Below are positions 49,260 through 59,661 of a DNA stretch of 64,000 bases, one piece after another. The position numbers and the translations under genes were made by a program. Position 1 is the first letter of the stretch, and each line of letters begins with the position of its first letter. The DNA lies in NCBI GenBank assembly GCA_030390025.1, contig CM059431.1:107262001-107326000 (forward strand), read 5' to 3'. The notes under the pieces were generated by a model. The model was not told the DNA's origin. It saw only the letters and a list, made by a program, of their open reading frames with translations, and searched no databases. The stretch is from Squalus acanthias. Taxonomy: Eukaryota.

Positions 49260-49750
49260 CAACTTCCTTGTTCCTAGCAATGATTTACTCAACTAATCAT
49301 CCAACCCTATTCATTCTTTTGCTGATGACTCCACTCTAACTGAATCTTCCTTCTGGTCGCACACCCACAGTGCACACACCTCCAATCATCTCACTGTGCA
49401 ATGCTTGTACCTCTACACTTTGATCTCTCTGATAGGAAACAATCAGGCAGGGTGTAAAACAGGTAGCTGATCCGATACTCTCAGTTTCCCGTCAAGTGGG
49501 TTAGGTTAAGATGACTCCACATGTACCTTTGCACTCTTCACGAAAACATTTTATTCTTATCCCTTGGGAGTGACTTCTTCCCATTGATGGTTTCACCCTG
49601 AATCCTTCTTTGTCCATTGAAGTACTTGGCCTTACTGTTTTCTCTGGCCCCAAATGGAATTCCTACAACACCTCCTCCATTGTTAAAGCTGCTTCCATGA
49701 AGCTTCGCATCATCTTTCGTGTCAAACAGCTCTGCTACCCTCAAAAACAT
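49260..49750 (+). mobile_element. Very old non-LTR RT fragment
   Basis: Reads SNPIHSFADDSTL at ~49300-49340, with decayed downstream RT-like codons. Confidence 0.5.
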
Positions 49751-50589
49751 TTAGGACTAGAAATTCATCTGTTGAGCGCCACTCCGTAGCGCCACGAAAT
49801 GCCAATAAAATGGTTGCCGCCGCTCTTTCGCCAGTTGGTGGCGAGTCCCGCGGCAGTCGCCATATTCCTCTCCCCTTTGCGCTGCCGGTAACTGGTAGCG
49901 CCCTGAAAGAAAAAATGGTGGCGTGGTGACGTCAATCGGTGTGCAACGCTGACTTAATGTCACCAATGCGAACTTTGACCCTAGCGCTGGGTCCTAAGCA
50001 CGCCAGGTAAAACCAGTCCAAAAGCTTAAATCCAAACTTACCTTAGTTTTTTTGATTTTATTGAAGTGGTGGTTTGCTGCAATAGGTGTGAAAAGATTTT
50101 TAAGTGTGTAGGGAGTGCTGCTGGACACAGAACATGCTGCAAATACTCAGCCAGTCACGCAACATCTGTGGAGAGAAAAACAGAGTTCACGTCTCAGGTC
50201 GAAATGCTGCCTGACCAGCTGCGTATTTCCAGCATCTTACGCTGTCATTTCACATTTGCAGCATCCGCTTACAGAGGGACGAGGAAGGCACAGAAGAGGA
50301 GGAAGCAGAAGAGGAGGAAGCAGAAGAAGAAGCACCAGCTGTGTCGCCCCCATGACCTGGCTCCAGTGCCCAAAGAAGCTTCATGATCTCAGACCAGTGG
50401 TCAAGGTCAGTGAATGCATCTTCAAAAGCCGTCTCCTACCAACTGCATCACTCGCCCCACTTCTCAATGCACGACTCCCCGGCCTCCCCCACCCACCCAC
50501 CCCGCAATCTATCACCTACCAAAAATCTGTACCAATCACGAGGAACACTTCCCATTCCTAGCTTCACCTCACCCCCTTGGAGGAGACAG

Positions 50590-51092
50590 AGCTGGCATGA
50601 CAACGCAAAATCATCGAGCAGAAACTGATAGCCAAGTTCCGCACTCATGAGGACGGCCTCAACCGGGATCTTGGGTTTATGTCACGATACATGACGTGAT
50701 CCAGACTCGAGTCGTCGTTGGCTTGTTCACAGATGTGATTCCCAGTAAAAAAGTAAAATTTTTAAAGTTTATCGTTTCCCATACCGACTGCGGCTTTTGA
50801 CACATTGGACCCCCTGTGGCTCCACCTCATTGTCTCAGTTGTATCTTGCTATGTCTTTGATGTGGTACCTTCCTGGCTGACCTGATTGCCTTTTGTCACA
50901 ACTCGGCAGATAAACAGTCAGGATGATTTAAATGTAGTCGTCTGCCATTGTAAGTTACACATGCATTGTTCTCTATCTATATATACTTTGTCGACTCTGT
51001 ATTTCTTTACTTCACCTGAGGAAGGGGTGTAAGCTCCGAAAGCTTGTGATTTCAAATAAAACTGTTGGACTATAATCTGGTGTTGTGCGACT
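50590..51092 (+). mobile_element. Penelope-like element 3' fragment
   Basis: Reads QRKIIEQKLIAKFRTHEDGLNRDLGFMSRY (GIY-YIG endonuclease C-terminal GLN motif), followed by a 3' region with a hammerhead motif and AATAAA. Confidence 0.8.
51012..51049 (+). ncRNA. Minimal hammerhead ribozyme motif (Penelope-associated type)
   Basis: TCAC-CTGAGGA-AGGGGTGTAAGCTCC-GAAA-GCTT-GTGA: stem I TCAC/GTGA, core CUGANGA and GAAA, imperfect stem II, palindromic AAGCTT in place of stem III. Confidence 0.65.
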
Positions 51093-51903
51093 TCTCATTC
51101 TTGGAGGAGGCATGGTTGAACCCTTGGCCAGCGGCGGGGCTGAAAGAATATAAGATGCTGGTATCTTTATATATTATCCTCATTCTCGCATGCACCTCTT
51201 GCTTTCCCACCCTCCCCTCACCACAACTCCACACTTGTGCCTTTCTCATTTCACACACTCAAGAAATGCAGCCTGCCCAGCCAGGGGTTGACCAAGCAGA
51301 GGGAGAGGGAAGAAGAAGAAGGAGAAGGAGCAGAAGAAGACACTCCCAGCCACCAGTCCCTCCAGCAAGACCATTTGCAGTGACCCCACTGAAAGTCAGC
51401 AGCCTTCCACCAGCCATGCTGCAGCCACTGAGGTAACACTGCATGACATCAGTAGGATAGGCAAAGGCACACACAAGACAGTCAATAAGGGAATGCATAA
51501 GGGTGATGAGTTGATTTCTTGATGACATATTGGATGGATAGGTGAATAAAGTTGGATTGGAAAATTTGCTTTGTGGTGGCTTTTATTTCAGCATTGTGGC
51601 CAAGAGGATGCTGTGATGGTCAGTAACAGAGGGACGGTAAGGTAAGGTGTGGGACAAATGCTGAAAGGGGAATTGGGATTGTGGTCACTGGTACCGCAGG
51701 CGGATGATTCCATCCCGGATATCCCAGTCAGAAAGGGGCTGTCTGGGTTGCATCCTTCCTTCTGCTTCCTCTTCTGCTTCTTTCTCCTCTTCATCTTCCT
51801 CCTCTGTGTCTTCCTCCTCTGTTCCTTCCTCCTCTGTTTCTTCCTCCTCTGTGTCTTCCTCCTCTGTTTCTTCCTCCTCTGTTCCTTCCTCTTCTGCATC
51901 TTC

Positions 51904-54900
51904 TGAATTTAAATAAAGGAAACTACAATGGTATGAGGCGTGAATTGGGTAGGATTGATTGGGGAATGTCACTCAAAGGGTTGACAGTGGATAGGCAATG
52001 GCAAACATTCAAAGACTGCATGGATAAACTACAGAATTTGTTCATCCCAGTGTGGCATAAGAATAAAACAAAAAGGGTGACTCAACCATGGCTAACAAGG
52101 GAAATTAGGGATAGCATAAGATCCAAGGAGAGGACATATAAATTGGCCAGAAAAAGCAGTACCCTGAGGATTGGGAGCAGTTTAGGATTCAACAAAGGAG
52201 GACAAAGGGATCAATTAAGAAGGGGAAAATAGAATATGAAAGTAAGCTTGCAGGGAACATAAAAACTGACTGTAAGAGCTTTTATAGATATGTGAAGCGA
52301 AAAAGATTAGTGAAATCAAGTGTAGGTCCCTTGCAGTCAGAAGCGGGGGAAGTTATAATGGGGAACAAAGAAATGGCAGACCAATTAAATGCATATTTTG
52401 GTTCTGTCTTCACAAAGGAGGACACAAATAACCTCCCAGAGATGTTGGAGAACATAGGGTCTGATGAAAGGGAGGCACTGAAAGAAATCAATATTTGCAG
52501 GGAAATGGTGTTAGGGAAATTGATGGGATTGAAGGCCGATAAATCCCCAGGGCCTGATAATCTACATCCTAGGGTACTTAAGGAAGTGGCCCTAGAAATA
52601 ATAGATGCATTGCTGATCATCTTCCAACATTCGATGGAATCTAGAACTGTACCCATGGATTGGAGGGTAGCTAATGTTACCCCACTATTCAAAAAGGGTG
52701 GTAGAGAGAAAGCGGGGAATTACAGACCGGTAAGCCTGACATCGGTAGTGGGGAAAATGCTGGAGTCCATTATAAAGGATGTAATAGCTGAGCACTTGAA
52801 AAACAGTGACAGGATCGGACAAAGTCAACATGGATTTTCAAAAGGTAAATCGTGCTTGACTAATCTACTGGAATTTTTTGAGGATGTAACTGGGAAAATA
52901 GATAAGAGAGGACCAGTTGTAAGGGGTGACACGCCTGAGGCTCTGTGCTTAGCCTGGGTGCTAGTGCGAGGTTAGGCCTTGTTGCCTGTTCTGGTCTCCA
53001 GCCAGCCTGGTAGCACTAGACACCTGTGAGTGGTTCGACCCACTCGCCCTTACGGTTCTGACACTGGACTTAGATGCGAGAGCAATAATGCAGAGAAAAC
53101 TCAGGTAGACCCGGTTGAATAGTGCGAAATGGAAAATCTTTATTGCATATTATTCAAGATTACGAAATACATGTCATAAGCACAGATTAATGACAGTACA
53201 ATCTTACACGCAGTTATGTAACTAATTTTAGGGAAACGAGGAGCGCACGACACATCGTAAAAGGGGGCACACATTACAATTATCCTTAAAACTTAAACCC
53301 TCCCCTATCAATACCTGTCCTAAACTAGATTTGTAGGATCGAGACTCATGCTCACCACTCGTGATAACTCGTAGAATTCCGAAACTCTGCTCGGATGTTT
53401 TTACCGCAGCACCTGACCACCCACGTGTTGATCAGGGGTCTCTGTACCCCACTTGTTTACTCGTTTCTGCTCCGGCTAGCAGGCTGGACCGTCTGCTGTC
53501 ATGAAGATCTGTGTTGACCTCGGACTCCAGATACAGTTCGAAGAAGAGTCTTACTGTGCCCGACACCAGTTGTCGGTAGAACTCGAAGAACAGTCTTCCG
53601 ATGCCAGTTGGGAAGCAGTTACTGATTTATCGAGCGCGGTCGGGGCTTACTGACCGTGGCGATACGTATGGTCGTCTTCTTCTCTTCTCATCTCATCTCA
53701 TCTCATCTCATCTCATCTCATCTCGGGCCTTCGGTTCCAACACCGTTTACCGACTTCTCGGGATGGTGTGCCCGTTTCAAGGCTTCACAGCCCAGTTCTG
53801 CACAGAGTCGAGCAGCAAAAGGCAGAGACAGCAGTCAAGAGTCAGGATCCACGAGTCAAGAGCAAACGGCAAGAGACAGATGGACGGTTGTACCTTACAG
53901 TTATAGTGCTGTAATTCCTCTTTTCCCGCCCAATCTTAATGTCTTTTCTTTTGTCAGGGTTTTGGCGCTCAAACTTCTTGTATAGGGTGATCTCCGTTTA
54001 ATGGGTTTCGGTGATACTTGTAACTGCCTGAGTACCCGTTAATACTTCTCCCATTGTGGAACCGGTCAGTATTCTCCTTGGAGGGGTTTTGGGGCTTCCA
54101 AATGTTTCTGTAACTACCCGCAAACGGCTCTCTCATCGTAAAGTCGTGGGGATTTTGCATATTAATGTCTTTGGATGGGTTCTTGATCGTTCGGTACAAT
54201 AGCCCTTATTCGCACCTGGGAGACCGATTCCAGTATTTATGTGTAAAATGCAAACCCATTATTTCTTGTGCATCATCTCAAATGTGCTGAGTCTTGTCCG
54301 ATCTCGCACAAATGTTAATTGGAACGCCATCTTGTCTGCTTATTGAAAAGTCTAGAACGTTCTGCCACGAGGCGTGGCGGCCATTTTACAGGCTGCTTGT
54401 GTCCACTTTGAAAACCTGACAGCATTCTGCTGAAATAAAGCTGTTTGTACGAAACTATGTGTCTCCTCCTTATTATATAAAATCGCGATAATATTGCGAA
54501 TTCTACACAGTAGATGTGGTGTATTTGGACTTTCAAAAGGCTTTCGATAAGGTCCCGCATAAGAGATTAGCGTGTAAATTTAAGGCACATGGGATTGGGG
54601 GCAAGGTATTGACTTGGATAGAGAACTGGTTGGCGGACAGAAAGCAGAGAGTAGGAATTAATGGGTCTTTTTCCGAGTGGCAGGCAGTGACTAGTGGGGT
54701 ACCGCAGGGTTTGGTCCTTGGACCCCAGCTATTCACAATATACATTAATGATCTAGATAAGGGAACTAAATGTAATATCTCCAAGTTTGCAGATGACACA
54801 AAGCTGGGTGGGCGTGTGTGCTGCGAGGAGGATACTGAGAAACTCTAGGATGATTTGGACAGGTTGGGTGAGTGGGCAGAAGCGTGGCAGATGCAATATA

Positions 54901-55723
54901 ACATGGATAAATGCGAGGTTATCCACTTTGGTGTCAAAAACAGAAAGGCAGCCTATTATCTGACTGGCAATAGATTGGGAGAAGGGGAAGTGCAATGAGA
55001 CCTGGGTGTCCTTGTGCACCAGTCGCTGAAGGTAAGCAAGCAGGTGCAGCAGGCGGTGAAGAAGGCAAATGGTATGTTGACCTTCATAGCGAAAGGGTTG
55101 GAGTATAGGAAAAGGGATGTCCTTCTGCAGTTGTACAGGGCCTTGGTGAGACCACACCTGGAGTACTGTGTGCAGTTTTGGTCGCCTTATCTGAGGAAGG
55201 ATGTTCTTGCCATGGAAGGAGTTCAGTGAAGATTCACAAGGCTGATACCTGGGATGGCAGGAATGACATATGAGGAGAGATTGGGTCGATTGGGCTTATA
55301 CTCGATGGAGTATAGAAGAATGAGAGGGGATCTCATCGAAACATATAAAATTCTGACAGGTCTGGACAAACTAGATGCAGGAAGAATGTTCCCGATGGTG
55401 GGAGAGTCCAGAACCAGGGGTCATAATCTAAGGATATGGGGTAAGCCATTTAGGACAGAAATGAGGAAGAATTTCTTCACCCAGAGAGTGGTGAACCTGT
55501 GGAATTCTCTACCACAGAAGGTAGTTGAGGCCAAGTCATTAAATATATTCAAGAATGAGTTAGATATATTTCTTAAAGCTAAAGGTATCAAGGGATATGG
55601 GGAGAAGGCAGGTACAGGGTACTGAGTTTGGATGATCAGCCATGATCTCATCGAATGGCGGAGCAGGCTCGAGGGGCCGAATGGCCTACTCCTGCTCCTA
55701 TCTTCTATGTTTCTATGTTTCTA
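51904..55723 (+). mobile_element. 5'-truncated CR1 (disrupted ORF2) interrupted by a solo LTR
   Basis: ORFs 51933..52232, 52292..52975, 54516..54848 (FADD), 55014..55229 and 55254..55625 are colinear with the 955-aa ORF2. (TTCTATGT)n tail; inserted in the acidic-codon repeat. Confidence 0.95.
52918..54507. mobile_element. 1590-bp TG...CA insertion, probable solo LTR
   Basis: TGTAAG...TCTACA with exact TSD CAGT (52914-52917, 54508-54511). Removing it restores the CR1 GGACCAGTAGATGTGGTG (GPVDVV). No recognisable protein; contains (TCTCA)n at ~53680-53723. Confidence 0.8.
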
Positions 55724-56891
55724 TATCTTCCTCCTCTTTTTGTTCCTCCTCTGTTCCTTCTTCCTCTGTTTCTTCCTCCTCTGTTTCTTCCTCCTCCTGT
55801 GTCTTCCTCCTCTGTGTCTTCCTCTTCTGCATCTTCCTCTTCCCTCTGCCAGCAGATGCTGTAAATCTGAAATAAAAGCATAATATGCTAGAAATACTCA
55901 ACTGCTCAGGCAGCATCTCGACCTGAGACGTGAACTCTGTTTCTCTCTCGACGGATGTTGCCTGACCTGCTGAGTATTTGCAGCGTTTTCTGTCTTCTCA
56001 TCCCATCCGAAGCCTTGCCAGCGTCCAGCAGCACACCCTGCGCGCTTTAAAAACTTTGAACATGTATTGCAGCAAGCCACTACTTCAATAACATTTTAAA
56101 AATCCAGTCTAAAAACTTAAATACAAACTTACCTGAAAGATGTGTGTGTCCCTTTAAGAGGTGCCGACAGCGCCTCTGTCAGTCTACTGAAGGCTGGGTT
56201 TCCATGGCGCGCTTAGGACCCAGCGCTGAACTCAGCACTAAGGTCCAAGTTTGCCAAGGTGACGTTAGGTTGGTGTTGCATTTAAATTTTCACTGCCATC
56301 GCTTTTACTGGCAGCGCTGCCTGCCCTCGGAAAATGGCAGATACCGCGCCACCCGCCACCAGCTGGCTGCCGTGTTTTCACAAAATTTTGACACTAACGG
56401 GTGGCAGAAACCAGCCAAATTTTTAGCCCCTTTTGTTTTTGGTCTTCAAACTTAGCAGGGATCTGTTCAGCTGATGTCAATGCTAAGACCTATTAGTCCG
56501 TAGGTCCATAGGGAGTAAAGAGAATTGGAGCAATATCGATGCCATGCAATGCTGTCTGATCTAGGACGCTTCAAAGAGTGTGGGGGGCCCTCACACAATA
56601 TAAGATAACTTGGTTCAGACTTTTACCATGAAGACCTGTTTCAAAATCTGTCTCCTTGTGTATGGTGCAGATTTGCCTGTCTCCATTTGTATTGGTTTTT
56701 TGCACAAGCTAGTAGGTGCTGTGTACTGTTGGTCTCCACCAAAAATAATCTATATCGATATGAGGGTGCGTCCAACATTTCAAATATCTCCTGCAAAGTA
56801 AGAGCTTTTTTTTTTAAACAATGCCTGTTTACTTACCTGATTATACGGCAGAGCGTACTGTGCTGAAAGTATCCCCCCTCCTTTAATCGTA

Positions 56892-57322
56892 CGGTAGCAT
56901 AGTGGTTATGTTACTGGACTAGTAATCCTGAGGCCTGGACTAATGGTCCACAGACGATGAGTTCAACTCTTCAACCACAGCAGCTGGGGAATTTAAAATT
57001 CAAAATAATTAAATTAATCTGGATGCAAAGCTAGTTTCAGTCATGGTAACCATGTAACTAACCGTATTGTTGTAAAAACCCATCTGGTTCACTGCTGTCC
57101 TTTTGGGAAGGTAATCTACTGCCCTTACCCGCTCTGGCCTATATGTGACTCTCAACACACAGCAATGTGGTTGACTCCTAACTGCCCACTGAAATGGCCT
57201 AGCAAAGCCACTCAGTTGTATTCAAGAAGGTGGCTCACCACCACCTTCTCGAGGGCAATTAGGAATGGACAATAAATGCTGGCCTTGCCGGTGACGTCCA
57301 CATCCCGTGAATGAATAAAAAC
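56892..57322 (+). mobile_element. tRNA-derived SINE sharing its 3' tail with the LINE at 7650-10152
   Basis: A box TAGCATAGTGG, B-box-like GAGTTCAA. The last ~100 nt (CAAGAAGG.GGCTCACCAC...GAATAAAAA) match the LINE 3' end. Confidence 0.8.
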
Positions 57323-58249
57323 AATCGCTTTTGCCTAAAGGATTGGTGTGAGCAATGCGAAGTAACATTGATTTTGACGTGTCTCAGTCACTTGTAACGT
57401 AGTTAATGGGATCTGCAGAGACAAGCCTCACTATGAACTGGCACTAATCCAGCTTGCTTTTTCTAGCCTTGGAATGAAATGCTTAATGCAATTGACTGAA
57501 GAGCTGTCACAAGTGAGAAAATAATTTCTACTAATGCCTGCTAATTGACATGATTAGTTAGAAGCCTTTGGTTACTAATGCAGTTGGCAAGTTTAATAGA
57601 CTGTTGTGGTGGCAGAAAGGAGCGCGGGCGAATGAGAACCTTGTTCGAAAAATAGTTTATTAAAAGTAAATCGAAGTCCAAGGCCTAATTAAAGAAATGT
57701 TTCAGCATAGTTGGCAAAGGTCCTTTGGTGCACTAAGAGCCTTTGTTGCAGAGTGTGAGGGTGCCAGTTTGTCGCTGTCATTCAGCAGAGTTAGGGAAGA
57801 GTGGCATTAATTCGAAGCACACTGCTTTGGCAGCAATGGACGGGAAATCAGAGGGAACATTATTTTAGTTTTCCTTTCCGCACCCTGCCTACTTAAAGCC
57901 GGCCTTGGCAGAGACTCTTCTAGATTAGGTAAGGGTGTGGACGACTTGCTTGGACTGGAGATGTAACAGTGGGGGTCATTTTAACACTCGAAAATGGGTG
58001 GGTTGGGGTCGGTCTCAACACCAACCCACAATCCACCTCCAAGCTGCCCACTTCCGGGTTTAACAGAGGTGGGACGGGGAGTGGGTTTCGGGGAGAAAGG
58101 TAAGTGCCCTTACAGCACTGCTTGTGGGCCAGGAAGCACATGAGTGCTTGCTCCCAGCCCACCAAGCTACCTTCTTCACTGCTATCAGACGCCTCCCACC
58201 CCATACAAAGACCCCTGGTATCGGACTCCCCCCTATCAAAATACCCCTC

Positions 58250-58820
58250 GGGAACGGTAGCATAGTGGTTATGTTACTGGAATAATGAATCTGGAGACGT
58301 GAGTTCAAATCCCACCATGGCACCTGGGGAATTTAAATTCAGTTAATTAAATAAATCTGGAATTGAACAAAGTTAGTAATAGTGACCATGAAACTATCGG
58401 ATTGTCGTAAAAACCCATCTGGTTCACTAATGTTCTTTGGGGAAGGAAATCTGCCATCCTTACCCGTCTGGCCTACATGTGACTCCAGACCCACAGCAAT
58501 GTGGTTGACTCTTAACTGCCTCGACCACCTAGAAGGACAAGGACAAGGACAAGGGCAGCAAGCGCATGGGAACACCACCACCTCCAAGTCACACAACATC
58601 CTGACTTGGAAATGTATCGGCCGTTCCTTCATCGTTGCTCGGTCAAAATCCTGGAACACCCTCCTTAACAGCACTGTGGGAGCACCTTCACCACACGGAC
58701 TGCAGCAGGTTCAAGAAGGCGGCTCACCACCACCACCTTCTCAAGGGCAGTTAGGGATGGGCAATAAATGCTGGCCTTGTCAGTGACGCCCACCTCCCGT
58801 GAACGAATAATTTAAAAAAA
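58250..58820 (+). mobile_element. Same SINE family with a ~300-nt LINE-derived tail
   Basis: 58250-58520 matches 56892-57186; 58521-58820 matches the reverse complement of ~7650-7940. Confidence 0.8.
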
Positions 58821-59661
58821 GATGGGGGAGCCGACCGTTCCTCACCTGCTCCTGTGGCTATGGCCTCCTCCGGAGTGCTCCCTGCCCAACAAGCAGTCAA
58901 GGCTGTCAATCAGGCTGTCTTCCAGGTGGGGGACCTGTTGAAAAAGAAAGACGCAAAACTCCACACGAGTGCGGGGAAACCGTCTTCCGGGCTTCCCAAA
59001 CAAAACTCCTCCCCCATCGCGTACGCAACCCACCCCCAGTCAATATCGGGGCAAATGGGTGAGGAGCAAAGAAAGAGAAATAAATGTCATTTCAGGGTCT
59101 TTTTAATATACAGTAGGTCCATTTCTGCACTCTCGTCCGGGAGCAGTGCTCACAGTGACAGAATCAGGAATTAAAATCTAGATCAGCAGAGGAATTAAGA
59201 AGGATTTGTTCAGTATAAAGACTGACAGGTCCCGCTGGCCTCTCCTCAGGTGGTCGTAAGAGACCTTGCTGAGACCACAGGAACAGAATGAACATGATAA
59301 CCGCTATCTAAAAAGGAGCCTGATCAGGTTACAGCTGCAGTCTCCGCATATTAGTCAAGAGAGCTTCAAAGATGTGATGAGACAATGGTCTGCAGCCAGT
59401 TCCACTTGAACGGTTTGGAGAAGACAGTTGCCCAGGAAGAGGTGAAGGGGCTTTAAGCAATCAATCTAAAGCTGAAGATTTTGTCACGAGAAGAACAGAG
59501 GTCTAAGATTGTGTGTTGCCTGGAGAAGGGGCGTAACCCAGGATCAGGGATCCTGAAGAAGTGATGTCAGGAACATCAGGGAACACCAGTGTGAAGAAGG
59601 ATTCTCCTTCTGCTATGAGGACTGATCACCCTCTGCGGTCGATTCGCATTCCCTGCTTAAT

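Larger units (their letters stand above)
49754..56429. mobile_element. Composite Harbinger derivative carrying nested Penelope, CR1 and solo-LTR insertions
   Basis: Ends GGACTAGAAATT / AATTTTTAGCCC. Myb remnant on + at ~50340-50410 (WLQCPKKLHDLRPVVK). Transposase-like acidic tail on - (EEEE...DIRDGIIRLRYQ*, 51685-51900, continuing at 55724-55850). No clean TSD seen. Confidence 0.65.

Noticed and set aside
55910..55950. Additional hammerhead ribozymes in the hairpin repeats (also ~50185-50205)
   Set aside because: Only a GACCTGAGACGT remnant is present; the CUGANGA box and stem II are missing.
59190..59640. Possible further LTR fragment
   Set aside because: No TG...CA boundaries, TSD or second copy could be identified.
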